Assembly: GCA_023481165.1 (NCBI GenBank)
Contig: JAMCWO010000191.1
Location: 1,434 to 65,433 of the forward strand
DNA from: Planctomycetota bacterium
GTDB taxonomy: Bacteria; Planctomycetota; Phycisphaerae; Sedimentisphaerales; Anaerobacaceae
Direction: 5' to 3'
DNA length: 64,000 nucleotides
In this document: piece after piece, positions 50,719-60,040 of the stretch
How the letters are laid out: every line of letters begins with the position of its first letter
Numbering within the stretch: position 1 is the stretch's first letter
Notes under the pieces: generated by a model
Databases searched by the model: none
What the model was told of the DNA's origin: nothing
The model's input: the letters and a program-made list of their open reading frames with translations, nothing else
Position numbers and translations under genes: made by a program

Positions 50719-52385
50719 GCTGAAACTCCTTCGGCGGCAGCCTGCGGCTGCGGCTTGAGAAGCGACCCGAGCACCATAGCCAGCGCCACGATCACATAGG
50801 CGGCGATGCCACAGGTGGTGTCGTGATCCTTGATCCATTGTGTCCACGGGCCGTACTTCTGTAGAACGAGCGTGCTCATCGGCACGGCGGCCCCGCAGAT
50901 AATGGCCGCCGTGGCGCCCCAATTGTTAGCGCGCTTCCAGTAGCAACAGGCGATCAGCAAAACGGACATGCTGGAAAGGTAAATCGTACCCGTGATGCCG
51001 AGATACGTCCAGAGATCGCCCTCCAGCTTGTACCAGAGGCCGTAGATCAGGAGAAACACGCCGATCAGGGCCACGATCGCGCGGTTCCAGAGGAGACCTT
51101 TCTTCTCTGACCATTTCTTCCTGCGGAACGGGGCCATGATGTCGTTGTAAATCACGCCGCCCCAGGTGAGCATATAGGAGGAGTCCGTGCTCATGTCCGC
51201 GGCCAGCATCGCGGCGATCAGCAGCCCCATCAGGCCGGCGGGGACGAACATGCCCAGAAACAACGGCATGTGGTGCAGGGATGCTTCCTTGAGGCGGGCC
51301 ACCGTCTCTTTGGGCAGCTGGGCGGTCTCGGCGGGCGACAGGGTGCGCGCCTGGTCATTGGGGGACAATTGGGCGTAATCCTCCGGCGTGGCGGCGAAGA
51401 CCTTGCCCATCTGGCTGGCCTCGATTTTCTGCTGGAGCGCCGGCGGAATGGTCTGGAGCTGCTCGGCACTGAGGGTCTTGAGCGGGACCCAGCCGATGGT
51501 CGCCAGGGCCGCAATCCCCCAGATGCCCGGGATGAGGAAGCGGGCCACGAAGAAGAACGAGGTGCCGGTATAGACCTTGCGCCCGGTCCGCGAATCTTTG
51601 GCCGACAGAACGCGGGCGATCTGCGTCTGCCAGGTCAGCACGGCGGCGGTATTGAGCAACGCGTTGAAGATCACGTAGGACCAGCCGATGCTCGGGTTCT
51701 TGAAGGGGTTGAAGCCCCCTTCCCCGTGGTACGTCTGCACGGTAGATACCAGGCCGCTCCAGCCGATGTGGTGGAGAATGAGGAAGGTGATGACGATCAG
51801 GCCCGCGCTCATCACGATGAACTGAAGGAAATCGGTCACCAGCACGGAGAGCATGCCGCCAAGAATGGTGTAGACAGCCACGCCGATCAGCAGCGCGGTC
51901 ATCATGATCTCCAGCCGGCCCGGGTCCATGCCGCAGGTGTGGATGAGGAACTCGCCGCCGACGCGCAGGAACACGCCCATGTTCAGCAGGCCGCCGAGCA
52001 CAATGACCACGCCCGCCGCCCACCGCACGCGGGGCCCGAATTTCTTCTCGAAAAGCTCCGGAATGGTCATGACGCCGGAATCGCGGAGCGGCTTGATGCA
52101 AAAGCCCGTCCAGCCGACGAGGAACATCGCCACGAAGGTCAGGATACCGGGAATGGCCCCCGCGAATCCCTTCTCAAAGCCGTTCTGGGCCGTGTACATG
52201 CACGTCACGATGCCAAACTCGGTGGCCGCCAGCGACGCGATGCCGAGATACAAGTCCATCTGGCGCCGAGCGACGAGGAAGTCCTCAACCCGGCCTACGT
52301 ACTTACGGATCGCGATGCCGATGACCATCGTCGCGAGGAGGTAGACGCCGACGATGCCGCCGTCCAGTGGGGTAAAGCCGTTCAT
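50715..52385 (-). CDS. sodium:solute symporter (SSS) family transporter
   Basis: The start at 52385 gives MNGFTPLDGGIVGVYLLATMVIGIAIRKY. The product has about 13 TM helices with SSS-like organisation. The upstream 68 codons of the track ORF are Arg-rich and unlikely to be coding. Confidence 0.8.
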   Translation of the reverse strand: MNGFTPLDGGIVGVYLLATMVIGIAIRKYVGRVEDFLVARRQMDLYLGIASLAATEFGIVTCMYTAQNGFEKGFAGAIPGILTFVAMFLVGWTGFCIKPLRDSGVMTIPELFEKKFGPRVRWAAGVVIVLGGLLNMGVFLRVGGEFLIHTCGMDPGRLEIMMTALLIGVAVYTILGGMLSVLVTDFLQFIVMSAGLIVITFLILHHIGWSGLVSTVQTYHGEGGFNPFKNPSIGWSYVIFNALLNTAAVLTWQTQIARVLSAKDSRTGRKVYTGTSFFFVARFLIPGIWGIAALATIGWVPLKTLSAEQLQTIPPALQQKIEASQMGKVFAATPEDYAQLSPNDQARTLSPAETAQLPKETVARLKEASLHHMPLFLGMFVPAGLMGLLIAAMLAADMSTDSSYMLTWGGVIYNDIMAPFRRKKWSEKKGLLWNRAIVALIGVFLLIYGLWYKLEGDLWTYLGITGTIYLSSMSVLLIACCYWKRANNWGATAAIICGAAVPMSTLVLQKYGPWTQWIKDHDTTCGIAAYVIVALAMVLGSLLKPQPQAAAEGVSA

Positions 52386-52630
52386 GATCGCTGGGTCCTC
52401 TTCATTGCACCAGGTCCTTCGGGCAGCCCAAACGCGAATCCTCGCATTTGGGAGCCCGCGCCGGGGTCTCGCGCACCAAGCAACCCGTCGGCCGCTCTGC
52501 CAAAGTCCCTCGGCCACGACGGCGACACTGTACCAAGACGACCTGCGCTTGTAAACGGGAAAACAAACCGGGCGCAGGACAGAAGACACGCCGCCTCACC
52601 GCGCCGCAAGGAGGAGGTTCGCAGCCTCCG

Positions 52631-52670
52631 CACAAGCCCGGCCCGCGAGGGGAAGCAGGCCGGGCCTGTG
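52631..52670. repeat. hairpin element CACAAGCCCGGCC...GGCCGGGCCTGTG (copy 1)
   Basis: An inverted repeat with a 14-nt loop. It is followed by the shared downstream blocks GCGCTAC and CCTGTGGAG. Confidence 0.6.
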
Positions 52671-52841
52671 CAAGGAGAAGCGCTACTGACCTGTGGAGAG
52701 GGAAATCACTTTTGAGATACTTCTCATCATGTCGCCGGGGGCCGACGGCAGGCTTGGCGAATCCAGCATAGAAGCCCAAGCCACGCGGCGCTCGCCCATC
52801 ATCCCTGATCCTCGTCCGGCGGCGTCGTCCCAGACCCCTTT

Positions 52842-52881
52842 GCACAAGCCCGACCCGCGAGGGGGCAGGCCGGGCTTGTGC
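52842..52881. repeat. hairpin element GCACAAGCCCG...CGGGCTTGTGC (copy 2)
   Basis: Same family as the 52631 copy and in the same orientation, 211 nt away. Confidence 0.6.
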
Positions 52882-53428
52882 CCGGTGCGGGGCTTACGAT
52901 CGGCCTGTGGAGGGCCGCGCTACTTTCAGCACGACACCGGTGGTCCCAGAGGGACCCAGGGCGGAGTCGGTCAGGACGTAGACCTCCTCCTTGGTGTCCC
53001 GGCCTTTTCCTTCACAGACGGCTTCAGAAAGACCAGGTAACAAACCATCGAAATACTTGACTCCACGAGTTTCCATGGCAGCCCCCCAATCCTGTTCTCG
53101 TGGCGAAATCCTGGTGTCACGGCCTTGCGACCATGCCTCGGCGACATTCACGCCCTCGACACCATCTCACATCAATCGTCACTCCTGTCGGGCTCGCTAA
53201 TATCTACGGAAGGGACGGGACGTGGTTCATAAATTCCGGGTGATCCGCTGGGAAATCGTTCTGTGGAATTGTCCCTCTGCACCCCGCCGAAGATGCTGAT
53301 GAGTGAAGCGGGTCATCAGAAGTCGTGGGGGACTGCACATGGAGTGGACCGGGACACAGAGTACACCTCTGGTCCCGGCCCACTCCCTTGACACACAACT
53401 CCAAGCTCTCCGGGCGGCTGCGGCGCGA

Positions 53429-54088
53429 TCAGTCCTCAACTCCTCTCGTCCGCAGATCCGCGGCGTAGAGCCGGTCCGACTGGCGCTCGATCAAAGCCGC
53501 AAGCCCCGAGGTCGCTCGCGCCGAAGCCATCATGATGGGCGCGTGCGCGATCCGCTCCGTGAGCGGCGGCATCCACGTCACGGCGAAATCGCCGCGCATC
53601 GTGGCTGCCTGGGCCCGGCTGCGGTAGCCGGGGGTCAGGCCCCCTTCCGACATCGCGCCGAAGAGGCGCGCCGTGAGCGTGAACCGGACCGTGCCGCGCC
53701 CATCATCCTGCCAGTTGACCTCGGGGTCCGCCGCGAAGGCGCCCGCGTCCGACCCCATGGACAACAGCACCGTGTCCCGCGCGTCCGAGGCCCCCTTGGC
53801 GATCAGCTCGAGCGGATACTCCGTGTAGTGGACCACGCGGACCTGATACCGCTTGCCCACTTCCAGCAGCAGCGTCGGGTTGTCGAGGCGGAATGTGCCG
53901 AGTTGGACGCAGTACGGCTGCGGGGCCTCCAACCGATACGCTCCGTACCCGTTGTCGCCGAACGTCCAGCTCCCATTGCGCAACGGCGCGCAACTCTCGC
54001 TGCAGAACTGGGCCTGCGCAGCCGCCAAGCCCGGAAACAGAAGAACAAGGAGGAACCTGCCGAAATGGCTGACTCTTGCCGTCCTCAT
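53429..54088 (-). CDS. secreted hypothetical protein
   Basis: The Met11 start gives the signal peptide MRTARVSHFGRFLLVLLFPGLAAAQA. Composition is normal, whereas the antisense ORF 53303-54175 is Arg-rich. Confidence 0.5.
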   Translation of the reverse strand: MRTARVSHFGRFLLVLLFPGLAAAQAQFCSESCAPLRNGSWTFGDNGYGAYRLEAPQPYCVQLGTFRLDNPTLLLEVGKRYQVRVVHYTEYPLELIAKGASDARDTVLLSMGSDAGAFAADPEVNWQDDGRGTVRFTLTARLFGAMSEGGLTPGYRSRAQAATMRGDFAVTWMPPLTERIAHAPIMMASARATSGLAALIERQSDRLYAADLRTRGVED

Positions 54089-54264
54089 TTTGGCCCCTTT
54101 CCCACATATGTTGCTCAATGGGCGATACCAAGGACCACCCGTATCGGACTGCTAGTTCCTACTCGGGGAGAATAACGCGGTTCGCAAATTCCGGAAGAAA
54201 TCCGCCACGTGGTAGATTCCCAAGTTGCTCGTCAAAACTCATCAGAACCAGATGGCGACACTTG

Positions 54265-55038
54265 TTACGCCGCGTTCGCGGGGGCGACGCCGAAGAGAAA
54301 GTGAAGCAGGGCGCCTACGCCGTAGGCGAGGAGCGCCGCGATGCTCCCGATCAGAAACGTTTGCAGTCCCGATCGCAGCGGTGGGCGGTGCAGCATCGCG
54401 CCTTTCCACACGCCCAGAATGGCAAAGGCCACCGCGGAAAGAACGCCGCTGATCAGGAAGAGGTGCTGTCCCGCCGGAACCGGAAAGACGAACGGAATCA
54501 GGGGGATAAAACCGAAAACGATAAAGGCAATGAACGTGACGATGGCGGCACGCCGGGGGCTCGCGGCGACCTTTTGCAGGTTCAGCTCTTCCTCGAGCAT
54601 GGTGTCGATCCACACCTCCTTATCGCGGGTGATCACATCGACGATATGGTCGAGGGTGGGGCCACGAAAGCCCTTGCGGGCGAAGATCTCCCGTACCTCC
54701 CGGTGCTCGCCCAGCGGATAGCGGTCGATCTGCCAGGACTCATCCTCCTTGGCCTCCTCGACCTCTTCCTGCCGGCTCCGTGTGCCGAGGTAATTGCTGA
54801 TAGACATGCTGAACCCATCGGCGATCAGATTGGCAAACCCGAGAACGATGACGACATTGGTCGAGAGCTGCCCGCCCGCACTGCCCGCCACTACGGCGAA
54901 GGTCGTAACAATGCCATCGACCGCCCCCAGAACCGCATCCCCCAGCCAGCTTTGGCCGCCCGGGGCCGAGATCCGCTCCCGAATCCTGTCCGGCCGATGC
55001 TCCTCTTTCAGATCTCGATGTCTGGTCTGCGGCCACAT
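54265..55038 (-). CDS. VIT1/CCC1-family iron/manganese transporter
   Basis: WLGDAVLGAVDGIVTTFAVVAGSAGG ... LGFANLIADGFSMSISNYLG, followed by C-terminal TM helices. ATG at 55038. The upstream part of the track ORF is a translated palindromic element. Confidence 0.8.
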   Translation of the reverse strand: MWPQTRHRDLKEEHRPDRIRERISAPGGQSWLGDAVLGAVDGIVTTFAVVAGSAGGQLSTNVVIVLGFANLIADGFSMSISNYLGTRSRQEEVEEAKEDESWQIDRYPLGEHREVREIFARKGFRGPTLDHIVDVITRDKEVWIDTMLEEELNLQKVAASPRRAAIVTFIAFIVFGFIPLIPFVFPVPAGQHLFLISGVLSAVAFAILGVWKGAMLHRPPLRSGLQTFLIGSIAALLAYGVGALLHFLFGVAPANAA

Positions 55039-55137
55039 ATGCAGATTACGCCGCGGGCACAGATTCGCCGGGAAGGAATTTGCGGAATCCAGCATTCTCC
55101 TTAGAGCCTCTAACAGTGTGAGCGTCCTGCCCCCCTT

Positions 55138-55233
55138 TGTCGCCCCCGCGCAGAGCCTGCTCCCGACCCGATCAGGAGCGGGGGTCCAGGAAAGCCCCTG
55201 CGTCAGTGGATTCCCGCCTGCGCGGGAATGACA
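55138..55233. repeat. double-hairpin element TGTCGCCCCCGC...GCGGGAATGACA (copy 2)
   Basis: It shares CCCCCGC..GCGGGGGTCCA and GGATTCCCGCCtgCGCGGGAATGACA with the copy at 30641. Confidence 0.6.
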
Positions 55234-55390
55234 AGAAACAAGAACCTGCCTGTGGATTGTCATTGTGTTGGAGGCTCTTGGCAGGGTGCCCTTGCAGCCA
55301 TCCGGAAATCCGCGGTCAAACGAAGCAGGTCGGTCGAGTCCGAGACTTCCGGATGTTTACACACTCCCTCATTCCTGATAAAGTGGAGTC

Positions 55391-55603
55391 ATGGACGAAG
55401 TTGATTCCGTAAAGATCGACCGGAAGGCCCTCTCCGTCGGATCCGTTCGGGAGCCGTCGGACGAGAAGGCCTATTGGCTTTCCAAAACCCCGCAGGAGCG
55501 TCTGCAGGCGGCGGAACTGATGCGCCAGATTGTCTATGGCTACGACCCATCTACCACGCGACTTCAGAGAATTCTTGAAATTGCTCAACGCTCACCGCGT
55601 TGA
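55391..55603 (+). CDS. small hypothetical protein (antitoxin-like)
   Basis: The ATG follows GTGGAG. DEKAYWLSKTPQERLQAAELMRQIVYG ... RLQRILEIA is a pattern seen in small proteins that pair with nucleotidyltransferase-fold proteins (from memory). Confidence 0.5.
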   Translation: MDEVDSVKIDRKALSVGSVREPSDEKAYWLSKTPQERLQAAELMRQIVYGYDPSTTRLQRILEIAQRSPR

Positions 55604-55985
55604 GTACCTGCTCATCGGCGGGTACGCGGTCAATTACCACGGGTATCCGCGCGCGACCGCAGATATGGACATTTGGATCGCGGTACACCCAGCCAACGCC
55701 AATCGGGTTGTCGCCGCCCTGAAAGAGTTCGGCTTCGACCTTCCCGACCTGTCACCAGAGTTGTTCCTGCGCGAATGGCAGATCGTTCGGCTGGGCATGC
55801 CGCCCGTCCGCATCGAGATCTCCACAACCATTTCCGGCGTCGAGTTTGCCGAGTGCTACACGCAACGCATCGAAGATACTCTGGACGGCGTCCCCGTCAG
55901 CCTGATCGGTCTCGAACATCTGAAGCAGAACAAGAAAGCTTCCGGCCGGCACCAGGACCTCGCGGATCTGGAACACCTGCCTTAG
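55536..55985 (+). CDS. nucleotidyltransferase-fold hypothetical protein
   Basis: RDFREFLKLLNAHRVEYLLIGGYAVNYHGYPRATADMDIWI is a GG..A...G..R.T.D.D NTase-like motif. The ATG at 55536 overlaps the upstream ORF by 68 nt in another frame. Confidence 0.6.
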   Translation: MATTHLPRDFREFLKLLNAHRVEYLLIGGYAVNYHGYPRATADMDIWIAVHPANANRVVAALKEFGFDLPDLSPELFLREWQIVRLGMPPVRIEISTTISGVEFAECYTQRIEDTLDGVPVSLIGLEHLKQNKKASGRHQDLADLEHLP

Positions 55986-56022
55986 CACCGAACGTCCTCA
56001 TGGGCAGTTCAAGAGACCATCC

Positions 56023-57306
56023 TCACTCTGTCTTTGCGTGGATGAAGTATGCGAGATCATCTGTCTTCTTTGAGGTACGCTCGGACAACAACGCATCCGC
56101 CGCCCGCTCCCCCAGAAACCAGGAGTCCCTCAGGTCCTTTCCCACGGAGTACACCGCCGCGTCTGCGCGCGAATAACGGAATGGCTTACCGTCAAATGGG
56201 TCACGCGGCACCGTGCCGAGCAATTCCGGAACGAGGGCATCGAGAGTCTCCGGCAATCGGCCGTGACGCATTTCATAGAGCCGACAAGCAACCACAAGCC
56301 GGAGACCATCGAGATGGCTCTGGGTACGGCAACGTCCGGCCAGGAAACCGTTCAGATAATCAGGTCTGGGCATGCCCAATTTGACCATACCGTTGGGTCG
56401 AAGCAGCAGCAGGAGTTTTTGCGGTCCTTCGGAGGGATTGGGTTCGGGTGCCGGCAGGTCCATCTCGGAATAAGGCCGGGAGAAGTTCTTGATCATCGTG
56501 CGACAAAAGCAGGCAAAATCCGCCTTCGTTCGATTTGGCTGAAAGATATAGCCGCTAATGACCCTGTGCTTTGCCCCGGTGCTTTCGGCGGCCTTATCGA
56601 TTCCCCCGCTTATGAGTCCATACTCCATCTTGATGGCTTTGACCCACCCTTGTTCAAGAGGTGCCGTCTGACTCAGCCGATCCGACAACGAGACGAGTTC
56701 GGCCTCATCAAGCGCCAACTCACACAGCAGTCCCCCCACGGCCTTGAGCCCCCGCCCAATAACGACCATACCCACCACACAATCAATGAGGCTGGTGGGG
56801 TTTGCCTCGACAAGAGACCCGAACCGCAGAAGGCCGTAGCAGTCTTCCCGGGCAACTCCGGCGTGGCCTGTCCGTACGTCGTGTGCAGCCTTCAGAGCCA
56901 TGAGCTTGGACATGTCGTTCCTCTGCCAGAGCGGCCTGGGGTCGCTCGATTCCGGCTCATCATGAGGCTCGTAAGCCGGGCAGGCAAGGCCCTGCTTCAG
57001 CAGAGCAAGAGTTTCGGCGTTGCGGGAGATCAAGTCGTCCACATACGCCTCATCCCATTTCTTACCAGGGAGCATTGCCTCTACCTTACGGTCATCTTTG
57101 GGCCACTGGAAGAGCTTGAATGCCTCCAGGAAGAGAGTATATGCGTTCTCGTCGCCGGATGCCTCGATCGGAGCGGACACGAGATCGGACGTATCCGGAG
57201 GGTCGATGTCCCGGCTGTTGATCACAATCCAACCCACCGCGCACAGGGACAACACCGTCATCGTGCGTCCGACCACACGCAGCAGTATTCTCACACGTTT
57301 GCTCAT
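56023..57306 (-). CDS. membrane-anchored hypothetical protein
   Basis: The ATG at 57306 gives MSKRVRILLRVVGRTMTVLSLCAVGWIVI, an N-terminal anchor. The C-terminus LPETLDALVPELLGTVPRDPFDGKPFRY is common in PVC hypothetical proteins. Confidence 0.55.
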   Translation of the reverse strand: MSKRVRILLRVVGRTMTVLSLCAVGWIVINSRDIDPPDTSDLVSAPIEASGDENAYTLFLEAFKLFQWPKDDRKVEAMLPGKKWDEAYVDDLISRNAETLALLKQGLACPAYEPHDEPESSDPRPLWQRNDMSKLMALKAAHDVRTGHAGVAREDCYGLLRFGSLVEANPTSLIDCVVGMVVIGRGLKAVGGLLCELALDEAELVSLSDRLSQTAPLEQGWVKAIKMEYGLISGGIDKAAESTGAKHRVISGYIFQPNRTKADFACFCRTMIKNFSRPYSEMDLPAPEPNPSEGPQKLLLLLRPNGMVKLGMPRPDYLNGFLAGRCRTQSHLDGLRLVVACRLYEMRHGRLPETLDALVPELLGTVPRDPFDGKPFRYSRADAAVYSVGKDLRDSWFLGERAADALLSERTSKKTDDLAYFIHAKTE

Positions 57307-57619
57307 GGCCCACACGATATCAAGTATCGAATGCCTCCTCAAGCCAGAAGGTCGCTCGCCAGGATTGAATGATGAACACCGCGCATGAGAAGAAGCCACA
57401 ATAAGACGGTGGGACGTATGTGACAAGCAAGAACGCAGGAAGTCCAGGACCGTTCTGTTTCTCCATGCTCATAGTTACGGCGATTCCCATCCAGCGAATG
57501 TTGATGGGGAGATCGGTAGCCAGTAAGGGATCTATCCACCGCCTTCTGTCGTCGGGCTTCCCAACCTCTGCGCCCCAGTGTCTCTGTGCGAAATCAGATC
57601 GGCCCTTTGGTGGGGAGTT

Positions 57620-57800
57620 CACAGTTGCCAGTTCTCAATTCCCGGCAAGAGAGGGGCAACTTTACCCTACCGCCTCCAGCTTGCCATGAATATTTCTGCG
57701 GAATTCTGCCTTTTTGCGGCAACAGGCGGGCGCCGAGAAGCGTCTTAGTATGGTGAAACTATATAGTCACAGTTGTCGGTTGGCAGTTCTCAGTTCCCGG
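57620..57800. repeat. two copies of CACAGTTG..AGTTCTCA(A/G)TTCCCGG
   Basis: 57620-57645 and 57768-57800, in direct orientation. Confidence 0.6.
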
Positions 57801-57924
57801 GCCAAACGGGGGCTCAGAGTCAGGGGGCGGCCCCTGGTCTCGCGGGGGGCCGAGATACCCCAGCATCCTACTATTCTATCATTCGACCATTCTCGGCGGG
57901 GCCGGGTGGGGCGCGCGACGAAAT

Positions 57925-58409
57925 GTGCAAAACGAACCCAATCTCCCGATTGCGGATCTCGGATTGCGGATTGCGGATTGGGACGGAGTTGCGGCGGGAC
58001 GCTTGCTCTGCGGCTGCCGCGTCCGACCCACGCCGGGTCTGCTGCACAAACAAACCCAATTTCAGAAGGGGCAATCGTGCGAAACGAACCCAATTCGGTG
58101 GGTGTCAAATGTGCGAAACGAACCCAATTTGGCCCCGTCCGGGCACGGCCTCGATGGACAAAAGATGCAAAACAAACCCAATTCGCCGGCCGGCGCGCTG
58201 GGGCGGGCCGGACCGATCGTGCCAAACAAACCCAATTTCCGGATGAGGCATAATGAAGTTAACCGCTGTTGCGCCAAATGGTTACAGGAGTTTGGAGGGG
58301 CTTGCCGGTCCTGCAAAACAAAGCCAATTGGGGATAAGTGCGAAACAAACCCAATTTCAGGGACGCGGCTTGGGGACGGGGGTAATTGCGCGCAAAACGA
58401 ACCCAATTT
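57925..58409 (+). repeat. array of nine direct copies of a 20-nt motif, consensus GTGCRAAACRAACCCAATTT
   Basis: Copies lie at 57925, 58043, 58077, 58111, 58165, 58219, 58311, 58338 and 58390, all in the same orientation. The gaps are 98, 14, 14, 34, 34, 72, 7 and 32 nt. Confidence 0.8.
57948..57982. repeat. heptanucleotide microsatellite (GATTGCG)n
   Basis: Five units: gattgcg gatctcg gattgcg gattgcg gattggg. Confidence 0.8.
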
Positions 58410-58523
58410 CCGGCGGTCGCCATACTCCGCTATCTCAGTAGGGTATCGGCGAGCGAGACTTGTCGTCACCACACGGCCAAGGGTCGTTGTGGATGCGGTG
58501 GGATTCTGCTAAGATGACAGGAC

Positions 58524-59858
58524 ATGTGTGACAACCTGGAGCAAAGCATCGTAACAGTGAGGAGTCATGTCGTGAGTTCACGCAACAAGCTCAGTAGCAA
58601 TGCCATCAGCCGGCGGGAGTTTCTGCGGTCGTCCGCCCTGGCGGGTGCGGCGGTCGCCGTGCCGACCATTGTTCCATCCTCCGTATTCGGGGCGAACGCC
58701 CCATCTGAGCGGGTCACCATTGGCTGCATCGGGGTTGGGAATATGGGCAGCAGCGACTTGAAGGCGTTCAAGGGTAATACGAATGCCCAGGTGGTGGCCG
58801 TGTGCGAGGTGGATGCGCAGCGGCTCCAGGAGGCCCGCAAGCTGGCGGGGATCGACCAGGGGTCCTGCTATGGGGACTTTCGCGAGCTTCTGGCGCGGCG
58901 GGACATCGACGCGGTGACCGTGGTCACGCCGGACCATTGGCATGTGCCGATCTGCCTGGCCGCGGTCCGGGCGGGCAAGGATGTGTACTGCGAAAAGCCG
59001 CTGACGCTGACGATCCGGGAGGGCCGGGTGCTGGCCAATGAGGTGAAACGCTATGGGCGCGTCTTGCAGACGGGGTCGCAGCAGCGGTCGAGCGCGGAGT
59101 TCCGCCAGGCCTGTGAGCTGGTCCGCAATGGCTATATCGGCGACGTAAAGACCGTCACGGCGGGCCTGCCCGGCAACAACCGCAAGTGCGAGCCAACGTG
59201 GACACCGGAGCCGGTGCCGGAGGGTTTCGATTACGATATGTGGCTGGGCCCGGCCGAGTGGGCCCCCTACCACAGCCAGCGTTGCCACTACCAATTTCGT
59301 TTCCTCCTCGACTATTCGGGCGGGCAGGTGACCAACTGGGGCGCGCATCACCTCGACATCGCCCAGTGGGGCCTCGGCACGGACGATACCGGGCCGGTCC
59401 AGATCCTCGGCCAGGGCGAGTTCCCCGCCTCCGGCCTGTTCACCACCGCGACGAAAGTCTACTTCGAGATGACCTATGCCAACGGCGTCAAGCTCATCTG
59501 CAAGACCGGCGGCTCCGGCACGCGGTTCGAAGGGACCAAGGGCTGGGTGGATGTGAAACGCGGCAAGCTGGTGACCGAGCCGGCGTCACTGCAAACACAG
59601 ACCATCGGCGCCAACGAGATTCACCTGTACGAGAGCAGGAACCATCACCAGAACTTCCTCGACTGCATCAAGAGCCGCCAGCAACCAATTGCCAACGTCG
59701 AGGTCGGCCATCGTTCCGCGACGCTGTGTCACCTGGGCAATATCGCCATGCTGCTCAAGCGCCCGCTGAAGTGGGATCCGGTCAAAGAGGAGTTCGTCGG
59801 CGACGCTGTCGCCAATCGCATGCGCTGGCGGCCGCGGCGGGCCCCGTGGAATGCGTGA
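58524..59858 (+). CDS. Gfo/Idh/MocA-family oxidoreductase with a Tat signal
   Basis: SRREFLRSSALAGAAVAVP is Tat-like and IGCIGVGNMGSSD is the Rossmann motif. A likelier start is the GTG at 58572, after GAGGAG. Confidence 0.8.
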   Translation: MCDNLEQSIVTVRSHVVSSRNKLSSNAISRREFLRSSALAGAAVAVPTIVPSSVFGANAPSERVTIGCIGVGNMGSSDLKAFKGNTNAQVVAVCEVDAQRLQEARKLAGIDQGSCYGDFRELLARRDIDAVTVVTPDHWHVPICLAAVRAGKDVYCEKPLTLTIREGRVLANEVKRYGRVLQTGSQQRSSAEFRQACELVRNGYIGDVKTVTAGLPGNNRKCEPTWTPEPVPEGFDYDMWLGPAEWAPYHSQRCHYQFRFLLDYSGGQVTNWGAHHLDIAQWGLGTDDTGPVQILGQGEFPASGLFTTATKVYFEMTYANGVKLICKTGGSGTRFEGTKGWVDVKRGKLVTEPASLQTQTIGANEIHLYESRNHHQNFLDCIKSRQQPIANVEVGHRSATLCHLGNIAMLLKRPLKWDPVKEEFVGDAVANRMRWRPRRAPWNA

Positions 59859-59890
59859 CGCGGGCTGAGGTTTACTCGCTGCGCCGTGTC

Positions 59891-59990
59891 TGTCATCCTG
59901 AACGAAGTGAAGGATCTGGGCTGCGAGGGAGAGCAACCCCTCATGTGATGGCTGGATCCTTCACTCCGCTGCGCTGCGTTCAGGATGACA
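59891..59990. mobile_element. MITE-like element, TGTCATCCTGA family (copy C)
   Basis: TGTCATCCTGAACGAAGTGAAGGATCTGGGC ... GGATCCTTCACTCCGCTGCGCTGCGTTCAGGATGACA. It lies between convergent genes. Confidence 0.65.
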
Positions 59991-60040
59991 AACGTTGCGC
60001 ATAGGCTGATCACGGTCGGTCCGATACGGTCTGCGCCGTC

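Noticed and set aside
54225-55263. Extended N-terminus of the VIT1-family ORF, including CHSRAGGNP, and the antisense ORF 54076-55104.
   Set aside because: The CHSRAGGNP stretch is the translated double-hairpin element at 55138-55233. The VIT1 homology begins after the ATG at 55038. The antisense ORF is Arg-rich.
57925-58409. Possible CRISPR array, because of many direct repeats with intervening unique sequence.
   Set aside because: The repeat is only about 20 nt and the spacings are irregular (7 to 98 nt). Repeat copies are degenerate at several positions. No cas genes or leader-like region occur anywhere in the window.
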